From Nitrospirota bacterium (GTDB lineage: Bacteria; Nitrospirota; Thermodesulfovibrionia; Thermodesulfovibrionales; Dissulfurispiraceae), in NCBI GenBank assembly GCA_963790025.1, contig CAWBMP010000005.1:256001-320000 (forward strand): a stretch of DNA of 64,000 nt, written 5' to 3'. Positions 38,399-47,867 of the stretch are shown piece by piece. The stretch's first letter is position 1. The number at the start of each line of letters is the position of its first letter. The position numbers and the translations under genes were made by a program. The notes beneath the pieces were generated by a model that saw only the letters and a program-made list of their open reading frames with translations, was not told the DNA's origin and ran no database searches.

Positions 38399-39220
38399 AT
38401 GAGTGTGAATGCACATATTTTGCGAAATGGGCTTTGGGCGTGCTTGCTTCTCTTATCATTTGTGTCCTTCCTGCATGCCGCCGACGAAATGGCAGCGATT
38501 GGTACTAAACCACAGACAGGAGGGGCCACATACCGGGATTCCAGTACCGGCATGGAGTTCGTTTATGTCAAGGGTGGATGTTATCAGATGAAGTATGTGA
38601 TGGGCAATAGCAAATTGTCGCAAGAAAAGTCTGTTGATGAAGTCTGCGTGGACGATTTTTACATGGGGAAATATCCCGTGACGCAGGGACAATGGAAAGC
38701 AGTCATGGGAAATAATCCTTCATACTTTAATGACTGCGGGGACAATTGTCCTGTTGAGCAGGTCAGTTGGAATGACGCACAGGAATTCATATGTAAACTG
38801 AATAGTCGTTCAGGGGAGAACAAATATCGTCTGCCAACAGAAGCAGAATGGGAATATGCGGCAAGAAACGGTGGAAAAAACGAGCAATATGCAGAAGGCA
38901 AAGATGTTGAGAGTGTCGCGTGGTACGCTTCTAACTCCGGCAGAAAAGAAACGCATCCTGTAGGAAGCAGGACGGCAAACGGGCTTGGCTTGTATGACAT
39001 GCATGGCAATATTTATGAATGGTTGCAGGACAGGAGTTACGGCAGTTACTACACCAATAGTCTGAGAAAGAATTCTGATGGCCCAGTTTCCAGCGGTGGC
39101 CGCGTTGTTCGGGGCAGCAGTTGGGGCCACGGACCCGGTTACTCGCGGACTTCCCCCTCCTTCTACCTCCCGGTCAATCGTAACTACCTTATTGGGTTTC
39201 GTCTTCTGCGGACTCAATAG
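38399..39220 (+). CDS. Formylglycine-generating-enzyme (FGE/SUMF1) domain protein
   Basis: YPVTQ, PVEQVSW, RLPTEAEWEYAAR, GLYDMHGN, GFRL. Confidence 0.9.
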   Translation: MSVNAHILRNGLWACLLLLSFVSFLHAADEMAAIGTKPQTGGATYRDSSTGMEFVYVKGGCYQMKYVMGNSKLSQEKSVDEVCVDDFYMGKYPVTQGQWKAVMGNNPSYFNDCGDNCPVEQVSWNDAQEFICKLNSRSGENKYRLPTEAEWEYAARNGGKNEQYAEGKDVESVAWYASNSGRKETHPVGSRTANGLGLYDMHGNIYEWLQDRSYGSYYTNSLRKNSDGPVSSGGRVVRGSSWGHGPGYSRTSPSFYLPVNRNYLIGFRLLRTQ

Positions 39221-39517
39221 TTTAACTTTCAAAGGGAATCTTCCATAAAGAGGGGCTGAACAAGTTCTGCCTGAAGAAGAAAGAGTGAGAACGGGCCGGA
39301 TCAAATCGTAAACTGTTTCTTTTCGAAAGAAACCTTGCGGTTTGCTGAGCGAAACGATAGTCTATACTACCAGAAAAAGGAAACGACGGTTCTTGCGTGC
39401 CGATATTGCGTATTATAAGCAGTAGTGTGCAAGGACAAAATAACTCTTTTTTTGTTTGGCTGGAAGTTATTTTTTTTTGCGGGCCCGAAGTATCCTAATT
39501 TGTTATAATTGTCAAAA

Positions 39518-40468
39518 ATGACAGATCAAAGAAAAATAGCCATAACTATCGGAGACCCCGCAGGGATAGGGCCTGAAGTGGCACTTAAAGCGGTCCTCTC
39601 AAGCGATATAGCCGGGTCATGCCGGCCTGTGATTATCGGAGACAGGGTTGTAATTGAAGAAGCTGTTAAAAGGTTTGAACTTCCTGTCAGCCCCGGACAT
39701 ATTGAGCTGGTAAACGTCGGTGAAATTACAGACAGGGGTTTTGAAAAAGGCAGGCCCACTGCCGCGGGAGGAAGGGCTGCCGTCGCTTATATAAAAAAGG
39801 CGGTGGAGCTTGCTCTGAACAAAAGTATTGATGCTGTTGTTACGGCGCCGATATCAAAGGAATCTCTTAAGACTGCCGGCTTTAAATGGCCCGGACATAC
39901 CGAGATGCTCGCTGAGCTTACCTGTGCAAAAGAGTTTGCTATGGTCTTTTACAGCGACAAGCTCAAATTGATCCTGGTAACTATCCACACCGCTCTTGGC
40001 AATGTGCCTGCAATGATTACAAAGGACAGGGTCCTAAAAACTATAGTGCTTGCACAAACAGCGTGCTCTGTCATGGGCATTGAAAGCCCACGGATCGCTG
40101 TTGCGGCACTGAACCCGCACTCGGGCGAATCAGGAATCTTCGGCACCGAGGAAATAGATGCAATCTCTCCTGCTATAGAAGAGGCCCGCAGGAGAGGCAT
40201 TCCTGTTTCAGGGCCTTACCCTGCAGATGTCCTTTTTAACAGGGCTTACAAGGGCGAATTTGATTTAATTGTCTGTATGTATCATGACCAGGGGCTTATA
40301 CCTCTCAAGATGATAGCGTTTGACAAAGGAGTGAACTTGACGGTGGGATTGCCTATAATAAGGACATCCCCTGACCACGGCACGGCATACGATATTGCAT
40401 GGAAAGGTACAGCTAATCCTTCCAGCATGATAGAGGCCATAAAACTGGCTGTTAGAATCAGGAGGTAA
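39518..40468 (+). CDS. pdxA: 4-hydroxythreonine-4-phosphate dehydrogenase
   Basis: GDPAGIGPE, GHTE, NPHSGE, MYHDQG, RTSPDHGTA. Confidence 0.95.
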   Translation: MTDQRKIAITIGDPAGIGPEVALKAVLSSDIAGSCRPVIIGDRVVIEEAVKRFELPVSPGHIELVNVGEITDRGFEKGRPTAAGGRAAVAYIKKAVELALNKSIDAVVTAPISKESLKTAGFKWPGHTEMLAELTCAKEFAMVFYSDKLKLILVTIHTALGNVPAMITKDRVLKTIVLAQTACSVMGIESPRIAVAALNPHSGESGIFGTEEIDAISPAIEEARRRGIPVSGPYPADVLFNRAYKGEFDLIVCMYHDQGLIPLKMIAFDKGVNLTVGLPIIRTSPDHGTAYDIAWKGTANPSSMIEAIKLAVRIRR

Positions 40469-41577
40469 TGATGCTCTTTGAACCTTTTCCCCTGGCGGGC
40501 CTTAATCTGAAAAATCGTATAGTACGTTCTGCCACTTACGAAAAAAGGGCCGATGAGGACGGTTTTGTTACAGGTGAGTTAATAGAGTTCTATGAGGAAC
40601 TGGCAAAAGGCGGCGCGGGTCTGATCATTAGCGGAAATGTCCTGGTGCATACCTCAGGACGGTCTGCGCCGCAGCAGTTATGTATCCATAATGATTTTTA
40701 TATTGACAAGCTTAAACGCCTTACCGATGCCGTACATAAACTCGATGGTAAAATTGTTGTCCAGCTTGTGCATGGTGGAAGACAATCCTCCCCTGCGCTG
40801 CTTGGCGGAGAGCAGCCCCTGGCCCCTTCGGTCGTTTATGATCCATCTACGCAAATAACACCGCGTATAATGTCGGACCGGGAGGTATGGGAAGTAATCG
40901 AATCTTTCGGTGATGCTGCTAGGAGGGCAATGTACGCCGGGTTTGACGGCATACAGTTGCACGGAGCGCACGGGTATCTCATCAGTGAATTTCTCTCACC
41001 GCATACCAACAGAAGAGACGATTACTGGGGAGGAGACGAAGAGCGGAGATTTCATTTTGTCGAGGAAGTTTACAGGGCCATGCGCAGGGAAGTGGACAAT
41101 AGCTACGCCATCATGATAAAGATGAATGCCGATGATTTTATTGAGGGGGGGCTGGCCCCTGAGCAGAGCGCGAGGATTGCAAAGCGGCTTGAAGATGCGG
41201 GGATATGCGCTTTTGAGGTGAGCGGGGGTATGCATGAGTCGGGTGGAAGGACTGCCCAGCTCAACATTCTCGGTCCTGAGCAGGAGGCCTATTTCCGGTC
41301 TGCAGCCGGTCTCTTCAAAGGGCGCCTGAGTGCGGCCGTAATGCTGGTAGGGGGAATGCGCTCCCGGCATGTAATGGAAGACGTGCTGTTGAAGGGCGAT
41401 GCTGATCTTATTTCCATGTCGAGACCACTGATAAGGGAGCCTGACCTGCCGGACAAAATGAGAGGCGGCAAGGAAAAGGCTGATTGCATTTCCTGCAACG
41501 GCTGCATGAAATTTGATAAGCTCGATGCGGTGAGGTGCACGCAAATAGAAAAAGACAAGTCAAAAAGTAAAAAGTGA
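40468..41577 (+). CDS. NADH:flavin oxidoreductase (old yellow enzyme family)
   Basis: NRIVRSAT, HGAHGYL, FLSP..NRRDD.WGG, CISCNGC. Confidence 0.92.
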   Translation: MMLFEPFPLAGLNLKNRIVRSATYEKRADEDGFVTGELIEFYEELAKGGAGLIISGNVLVHTSGRSAPQQLCIHNDFYIDKLKRLTDAVHKLDGKIVVQLVHGGRQSSPALLGGEQPLAPSVVYDPSTQITPRIMSDREVWEVIESFGDAARRAMYAGFDGIQLHGAHGYLISEFLSPHTNRRDDYWGGDEERRFHFVEEVYRAMRREVDNSYAIMIKMNADDFIEGGLAPEQSARIAKRLEDAGICAFEVSGGMHESGGRTAQLNILGPEQEAYFRSAAGLFKGRLSAAVMLVGGMRSRHVMEDVLLKGDADLISMSRPLIREPDLPDKMRGGKEKADCISCNGCMKFDKLDAVRCTQIEKDKSKSKK

Positions 41578-41656
41578 AGGAGAAAAATTAAAAACCATAA
41601 AGTAAAAGCTTTTATCTTTTGCTGCTTACTGGTCTTTACTTCTCACTTTTAACTTT

Positions 41657-42127
41657 TTACTTCTCATCTTTTTCTTGTCTTTCCGTCAGCTCAAGCATCA
41701 TGATCAGGGCGTTTTCTGCGGGGTTTATATAATAGTCTTTTCTTGTCCCGACGATCCTGAAGTGCAGTTTCTCGTACATTTTTTTTGCGGCAATATTCGA
41801 TATACGCACCTCCAAATAGAGAAAACGGCAGCCGTTCTTATAGAGGTCCCTCTTTGCGTCCTCGAACAATGCAGTTGCAATGCCCTGTCTGCGATAATCG
41901 GATTGCACCGTCAGGTTCATCAAATGCGCCTCATCGGAGATTTGTTTGGTGCAGATATATCCGATAATCTTTCCGCTGAGTTCCGCAACCCTTGTTATTG
42001 AATGACGGCTGTAGACCTCACTCAGGAAGGACGTTTCCGACCAAGGCATGGTGTATGATGTCTTTTCTATCGCAGCTATCTCGCGAACGTCGTCGGGGGA
42101 CATCTCTCTGATTATAATAGCGTTCAC
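41657..42127 (-). CDS. rimI: Ribosomal-protein-alanine N-acetyltransferase
   Basis: PWS, RRQGIA, LEVRISN, RKDYY; follows tsaB. Confidence 0.9.
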   Translation of the reverse strand: MNAIIIREMSPDDVREIAAIEKTSYTMPWSETSFLSEVYSRHSITRVAELSGKIIGYICTKQISDEAHLMNLTVQSDYRRQGIATALFEDAKRDLYKNGCRFLYLEVRISNIAAKKMYEKLHFRIVGTRKDYYINPAENALIMMLELTERQEKDEK

Positions 42128-42171
42128 AAAAACCTCGTGGTAACCAGCAAGCAGTAAGAAGAAAAGGCTTA

Positions 42172-42867
42172 CTACTTGCTGCTTTTTAGCTCAGCTTCCG
42201 ACTTTCTCAAATATCTGGGTACGAGCATTACAGGATCATCAAAGATTTTGTTTCTGGCCTTTCTCATGCAGAGGTAAGCGACGTTCGCGGGTGACGGGAC
42301 CATGTCCTGGGACGCTCCGAAAAAAGCTTTTTCTCCAAGGGACGACTGAATGCGTTCTTTGTAAAGGAGAGCTCCCTCCCCAAGAAAAACAACGGATTGC
42401 CCTACGGCCCCAGGAAGCTTGCCAAGAAGGGAGTCGATTTTTATGGTTTGTTCGTCGATAATCTTTGTGAAACCATCCTTTGTCCATCCGAATACTCCAG
42501 CATACACTTCTTTTCTCCGGGCATCAAGCAAGGGACATACAAGATGCGGTGAAAACGGGACATTCCAGGCAAAAGCCTCCAGCGTTGAAACAGTAACAAC
42601 TTTCTTCCCGGTGGCGTAAGACAGACCTTTCACTGTGCTCAGACCCACCCTGAGCCCGGTGAACGAGCCCGGCCCCGCGGCAATCCCGAATACATCTATA
42701 ACATCTATAGTAAGGCCGGAGCCTTTGAGTGCGGTATCGATCTCAGCCATTATCCTCCCCGAATGGGTCGCCCTTATGTTCATCCTCGATTCGGCAATAA
42801 GGGTATCGTCATCCATGATTGCAATGCCGCCGAGCATGGTAGATGTTTCAATCGCAAGAAGTTTCAT
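42172..42867 (-). CDS. tsaB: tRNA t6A biosynthesis protein TsaB
   Basis: LAIETS, GPGSFTGLRVG, DARRKEVY, PRYLR. Confidence 0.95.
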   Translation of the reverse strand: MKLLAIETSTMLGGIAIMDDDTLIAESRMNIRATHSGRIMAEIDTALKGSGLTIDVIDVFGIAAGPGSFTGLRVGLSTVKGLSYATGKKVVTVSTLEAFAWNVPFSPHLVCPLLDARRKEVYAGVFGWTKDGFTKIIDEQTIKIDSLLGKLPGAVGQSVVFLGEGALLYKERIQSSLGEKAFFGASQDMVPSPANVAYLCMRKARNKIFDDPVMLVPRYLRKSEAELKSSK

Positions 42868-44074
42868 CGCTGACGCATTCCTTTCTGAACTGTCTGAAAA
42901 ACATTATACTACCAATTATGCATACTAGCGCAAAAGATTTTAGTGCGGTGATGGTACCGACTGTTTCAGCTGCAAACCCGATAAAGGAATTACCCAGCGG
43001 TGCAAAGCCCAGAAAAACCAATATATAAAGGCTCATGACCCGTCCCCTCAGCTCATCAGGGACCCTTCTTTGTATGTAGCTGTTGGCAGTGGCGAGGTAA
43101 CTCACTATGCCCCAGCCGGCCGCAAAAATACATATCAGGGAAATATAAAAATTTGTTGAAAAAGACAAGAACAAAACCGCGGATGAAAAAATGAGCGCTG
43201 CAGAAGGAATAAAAATATCTTCCCTTTCGACCTTTCCCCTGAAAGCGATCATTACTGCTCCGAGCAGCGATCCCGCTCCTGCTGAGGCAACAAGAAAACT
43301 GAACCCTTTTGCCCCAACATTGAATATCCCGCCGGCAAGCACCGGCAGCAGCGTATAAAAAGGAATGCCGAACAAACTCAGGATCGAGATCAACATCATA
43401 ATATAAAAGACCGGCTTTTCCCTGACTACGAAATGCCAGCCTCCTGCTATTTCTTTAAAAAAGCTGCCGCTGTGAGTACTCATAGTCCCGCGTGCTTTCA
43501 TTCTTGATAAAGCGAAGATCACCGCGATAAAGCTTGCGGCATTCAGGTAAAAGCAGGCGGGCATGCCAAGGCTTGATATGACAAGCCCCGCAATTACCGG
43601 GCCGATGATCCGCGCACCGTTGAAAGCCGCTGAATTCAGCGCTATGGCATTGGTGATGGAGCTTTTATCGACTACCTCGGCCAGGAATGCCTGCCGCGCA
43701 GGGACATCGAAGGCATTGACGGTCCCCAGAAAGGCAGCCAAAATACCGACATGAACTACGGTGACGGTTTTTGTTTCTGTCAATATGCCCAGCACAAGGG
43801 CCGGTACCACGGACAATACCTGCGTAAGAATAAGAATGTTTCGCTTCGGATAACGGTCCGCAGCCATGCCTCCGACAAGCGTAAAGAGGAGAATTGGCAA
43901 TGAGGCAACGGAAGCTATGATACCGAGATAAAGAGGAGATTTCGTCAGAGAATAGACGAGCCAGCTCTGTGCCACGGATTGCATCCATGTGCCTGATAGA
44001 GAAATTAGCTGTCCAAACCAGAAGAGCCGAAAATCCCTGACGTATAAAGCCGAAAATCGCTGATTGATTTCCAT
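42848..44074 (-). CDS. MFS transporter (MFS_3/DHA3-like)
   Basis: FRLFWFGQLISLSGTWMQ, PARQA, FNGARIIGP, LRGRVMS. Confidence 0.9.
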   Translation of the reverse strand: MEINQRFSALYVRDFRLFWFGQLISLSGTWMQSVAQSWLVYSLTKSPLYLGIIASVASLPILLFTLVGGMAADRYPKRNILILTQVLSVVPALVLGILTETKTVTVVHVGILAAFLGTVNAFDVPARQAFLAEVVDKSSITNAIALNSAAFNGARIIGPVIAGLVISSLGMPACFYLNAASFIAVIFALSRMKARGTMSTHSGSFFKEIAGGWHFVVREKPVFYIMMLISILSLFGIPFYTLLPVLAGGIFNVGAKGFSFLVASAGAGSLLGAVMIAFRGKVEREDIFIPSAALIFSSAVLFLSFSTNFYISLICIFAAGWGIVSYLATANSYIQRRVPDELRGRVMSLYILVFLGFAPLGNSFIGFAAETVGTITALKSFALVCIIGSIMFFRQFRKECVSDETSCD

Positions 44075-44142
44075 TCTATATACTTATAATACCCTAAAAC
44101 GAGTACAGTGTTCTGAGTTCGGCGTTAACGGACGCCGGGCGC

Positions 44143-44194
44143 TTGACGCTCTGCTTAAAAGAGCATATAATATAAACAAAAATCATTTCCATTT
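44143..44194 (+). promoter_or_regulatory. Sigma-70 promoter of the zur-znuACB operon with a candidate Zur operator
   Basis: TTGACG - 17 nt - TATAAT (44143-44171); imperfect palindrome AAACAAAAAT-C-ATTTCCATTT (44174-44194). Confidence 0.6.
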
Positions 44195-44210
44195 ACTAAT
44201 ATTTACTATA

Positions 44211-44670
44211 GTGAGTAAAGATATAATACACGACACTTTTGCACTGACCTTAAAAGAATTGAGTATGAAGGTCACACCCAGGCGGCTGGCTATTCTCGAT
44301 ATTATGTACGGGCAGCCTGTTTACATCAGCCCGGAGGAGATTCTGGGGAAAAATGAAAAAGAGGTTCTCAAAAATTGGGTTACCCACTGTTTACCGTAAC
44401 CTCGAAGAACTTTCGATTGGTGGGATCATTACAAAGGTCATTCATCCCAACAGGCAGTTGTATTACTATTTCTGCCGCAACACAAGCCACCATCACCATT
44501 TTATTTGTCTCTCCTGCCGCAGGGTGGAGGACCTGGACCTCTGTGGTATAAAGGGCATGGAGAAGAGCATTGAGAAAACAGTGAGAGGAAAAGTCCTCTC
44601 TCATCTGATACAAATTAACGGACTGTGCAACAGGTGCACGGATAAAAGAAACAAAACCACTAAGCAGTAA
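44211..44670 (+). pseudogene. zur: Fur-family regulator (Zur-like) split by a 1-nt frameshift near 44341
   Basis: First frame: KVTPRRLAIL...SPEEI; second frame: IGLPTVYRNL...HHHHFICLSC...GLCNRC; removing one base gives EEIWGKMKKRF. Confidence 0.8.
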
Positions 44671-44716
44671 ACACCAAAAGATTAAAAGAGATCACTGTTT
44701 TCAGGTAGAGGATATT

Positions 44717-45697
44717 ATGAGACGATTTGCGGGGCTCAATGTTTTACTTATTATCGCCTTTGCAGTCATACTTGCAGTTTGCGCGCTTTCCTGCCGTAAA
44801 AAAGCGGAGAATGCTTTGGACAAAAATAGGTTAACGGTTGTAACGAGCCTGTTCCCGCTTTATGATTTTGCCAAAAACATAGGAGGTGTCAGGGCTGACG
44901 TCTCGCTGCTCCTGCCTCCCGGGGTTGAACCCCACAGTTTTGAACCCACTCCTGACGACATCATCCGGCTCGGTAAGGCTGATATATTTATTTATACTAA
45001 CAACTATATGGAGCCATGGACCAATGATATTCTCAAGGGTATCAACAATCCGGGCCTCGTCATCGTGAATTCAAGCAAAAATATCGAGATGTTCAGGGAA
45101 TATGAGAATGAGCATAAGGGCAGCGGCAAAAAACACGAAAGGGAAGGGGAAGCGCACGAACACGGTGGAATGGACCCGCATGTATGGCTTGATTTCACTA
45201 ACGCAGCGAAAATGATTGACGCTATTTCTGAGGGGTTTTCTAAGAAAGACCCTATGCATGTGGAGTTTTACCGGCAAAACGCGGAATCGTACAAGGCAAA
45301 ACTGCTTGCGCTCGATAAAAAATTCAGTGAATCGCTTGCCGGTTGCAAAAAAAGGGTCTTCCTGAGCGGGGGGCATTATTCCTTCGGCTATCTTGCAAGA
45401 AGATATAATCTTCACTATATGTCGGCGTACGGCTTCTCGCCCGACGCCGAACCCAATGCAAAAGACCTTATTGACCTGAGCAAAGAGCTGAAGAGGAACG
45501 GCTTGCACCACATATTCTATGAAGAGCTTATTTCTCCGCGTGTGGCCCAGACTATTGCCGGGGAAACAGGTGCAAAGCTCCTGCCGCTCAGCGGTGCACA
45601 CAATGTCTCCCGCGACCAACTGAACAGGAACGTAACGTTTTTGTCTCTTATGGAGGAAAATCTTGAAAACCTCAAGACGGGTCTCGAATGCCGGTAA
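44717..45697 (+). CDS. znuA: Zinc ABC transporter substrate-binding lipoprotein
   Basis: EPHSFEP, His/Glu-rich loop, DPHVWLD. Confidence 0.9.
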   Translation: MRRFAGLNVLLIIAFAVILAVCALSCRKKAENALDKNRLTVVTSLFPLYDFAKNIGGVRADVSLLLPPGVEPHSFEPTPDDIIRLGKADIFIYTNNYMEPWTNDILKGINNPGLVIVNSSKNIEMFREYENEHKGSGKKHEREGEAHEHGGMDPHVWLDFTNAAKMIDAISEGFSKKDPMHVEFYRQNAESYKAKLLALDKKFSESLAGCKKRVFLSGGHYSFGYLARRYNLHYMSAYGFSPDAEPNAKDLIDLSKELKRNGLHHIFYEELISPRVAQTIAGETGAKLLPLSGAHNVSRDQLNRNVTFLSLMEENLENLKTGLECR

Positions 45698-46440
45698 ACG
45701 TACTTTCAGTGCGCGATCTGAGCATTTCCTATAATTCGATTGAAGCGCTCAGCGGCCTGTCCTTCGACATAAGATCGGGGGATTATGTGGGTCTTGTAGG
45801 TCCGAACGGATCGGGCAAGTCTACGCTGGTAAAATCGATACTCGGACTTGTAAAACCATTAAAAGGAACAATTACCCTTTTCGGACATCCCCTTGCCGAA
45901 TTCCGGCATTGGAACAGGGTAGGCTACCTTCCGCAGAAGATGCACGCATTCAATCCTCATTTCCCTTCCACGGTAAGGGAAGTGGTCGCGTTGGGACTCA
46001 TCTCCAGGAAGAAATTTCCGAGACGGGTTGCCAAATCCGATGAGGCGGCGATTATACATATGCTCGAACTGCTCAATATAACGAATATTGCAAACAAATT
46101 AATAGGCGAGCTTTCGGGCGGACAGCTTCAAAGGGTATTTATCGCAAGGGCATTGATAAATGATCCTGAGCTTATAATTCTTGATGAGCCGACTACCGCC
46201 CTTGACCCGGAAACGAGGGAGAACTTTTTTTCACTTATACGGGACGTTAACCGCGAGCGGGATGCGACTATCATTCTCGTCACTCACGATATCGGAACTA
46301 TCGGGGCTCACGCATCCAAACTCCTATACCTGGATAAAAAGGTCATTTTCTATGGCAGCTTCGATGAGTTCTGCCTTTCCGATACAATGTCGAATTTCTT
46401 CGGGAGCTCATCGCAGCACATTATTTGTCATAAACACTGA
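45688..46440 (+). CDS. znuC: Zinc ABC transporter ATPase
   Basis: GPNGSGKS, LSGGQ, LDEPT; C-terminal His. Confidence 0.9.
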   Translation: MPVNVLSVRDLSISYNSIEALSGLSFDIRSGDYVGLVGPNGSGKSTLVKSILGLVKPLKGTITLFGHPLAEFRHWNRVGYLPQKMHAFNPHFPSTVREVVALGLISRKKFPRRVAKSDEAAIIHMLELLNITNIANKLIGELSGGQLQRVFIARALINDPELIILDEPTTALDPETRENFFSLIRDVNRERDATIILVTHDIGTIGAHASKLLYLDKKVIFYGSFDEFCLSDTMSNFFGSSSQHIICHKH

Positions 46441-46543
46441 AAGACAAGGTAGAGGCAAAGGTATAGGCAAAGAAAATACAAAAAGGTACAGATAGATTTT
46501 TTTTCTTTGCCTTTACCTTTACCTTTGCCTGTCTTTTTGGAGG

Positions 46544-47371
46544 GTGATTGTGGATATTCGTGAGCTGTTGAGCTATGCATTCATTCAGAGGGCGTTGCTT
46601 GCCGGGTCTTTTATTGCGGTACTCTGCGCCACTCTGGGAGTGCTCCTTGTTCTCAGAAGGTTTTCGCTTATCGGAGACGGGCTGGCACATGTAACGTTCG
46701 GTAGCGTGGCTCTCGGCCTGGTGTTGAAGGTAAACCCGCTTTATGCATCGATCCCGCTGGTCGTGGCAAGCTCTCTTGGGATATTGAAACTGACGCAAAA
46801 AGCGCGCATTTATGGCGACGCAGCCGTCGGTATTGTATCATCACTCGGCATTGCGGGAGGCGTGCTGCTGGCCAGCAGGGCCGGCGGGTTCAATGTCGAT
46901 CTTTTCAGTTATCTCTTCGGCAATATATTGTCGATCAGCAGGGGAGACGTGATTACCGCAATTTCTGTATCCCTGATTGTTTTGCTGGTGGTCTATTTCT
47001 ATTATCAGGAGATATTTTCGCTTACTTTTGATGAAGAATTCGCAAAGGCCTCGGGAATCAATGCTGAAAGAATCAGCGAGCTCATAGTCATGCTGACAGC
47101 TGTAACGGTCGTCTTGACCATGAAAATCGTGGGAATTATGCTTACCTCAGCGCTTCTGATTTTGCCGGCCGTAACTGCATTCCAGGTGGCCAGAGGATTC
47201 AGGAACGCCATTATTATTGCGTCCGCAGTCTCGCTGTTATCGGTTTTTTCAGGAATCGCGTTGTCCTTTTTCTTGAATCTCCCGGCCGGCGCATCGATCG
47301 TAATTATAAATTTCCTTTTCTTTATAATCATTTTTGCTTTCAGGCACATCCGCTCACGAATTGCAGGATGA
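46544..47371 (+). CDS. znuB: Zinc ABC transporter permease
   Basis: GDGLAH, YLFGNIL, FDEEFA. Confidence 0.9.
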   Translation: MIVDIRELLSYAFIQRALLAGSFIAVLCATLGVLLVLRRFSLIGDGLAHVTFGSVALGLVLKVNPLYASIPLVVASSLGILKLTQKARIYGDAAVGIVSSLGIAGGVLLASRAGGFNVDLFSYLFGNILSISRGDVITAISVSLIVLLVVYFYYQEIFSLTFDEEFAKASGINAERISELIVMLTAVTVVLTMKIVGIMLTSALLILPAVTAFQVARGFRNAIIIASAVSLLSVFSGIALSFFLNLPAGASIVIINFLFFIIIFAFRHIRSRIAG

Positions 47372-47466
47372 CATTTTTATCATAAAAAAACTTGCAATCT
47401 GGTTTGTTTGGTGCTAAGTTTTATATAGTATTATCTATTAATTATAAGGAGGAGGTGAAAAAAAGG

Positions 47467-47811
47467 ATGAGGAAAACAATACTTTTAGCGGTAGTAGCAG
47501 TTTTTATAGCTTTTGGGTGTGCTTCCCAGGATTATGTAAAACAGCAGATTGATCCTCTCGTCGATAGGATCAGCAAGCTTGAGGCACGCGTATCGGCTTT
47601 GGAAACTAAAGTGAATGCCCTCGAAAAAATGGGTGCGGATGTTCAGGGAGCAAAGAGGGATGCTGCCGATGCAAAGGCGATGGCAGCAGAATTATCGAAA
47701 TGCTGCAAAGACTCTGAGGCAGCAGCTGCGAGAGCAGAAGCTGCTGCAGAAAGGGCCGAGAAAGCGCTTGGCAAGAGTGAAAAGGCATTTGAATTACAGC
47801 AAAAGAAATAG
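47467..47811 (+). CDS. Alanine-zipper lipoprotein (Lpp/OprI-like) ending in Lys
   Basis: Lipobox AFGC; heptad coiled coil; C-terminal QQKK; AGGAGG RBS. Confidence 0.75.
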   Translation: MRKTILLAVVAVFIAFGCASQDYVKQQIDPLVDRISKLEARVSALETKVNALEKMGADVQGAKRDAADAKAMAAELSKCCKDSEAAAARAEAAAERAEKALGKSEKAFELQQKK

Positions 47812-47825
47812 ATTTTTGCGGACCA

Positions 47826-47867
47826 CTCCTATAGGGGTTCTCCTTCAAGAGCAACCTCTATAGGAGT
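47826..47867. terminator. Long hairpin at the convergent junction
   Basis: ACTCCTATAGGGGTT...AACCTCTATAGGAGT. Confidence 0.6.

Noticed and set aside
39290..39400. Hairpin containing GTAAAC...GAAA, resembling a c-di-GMP-I riboswitch
   Set aside because: The conserved GACGCAAAG-type junction and second stem are not present; probably a terminator or decayed repeat.
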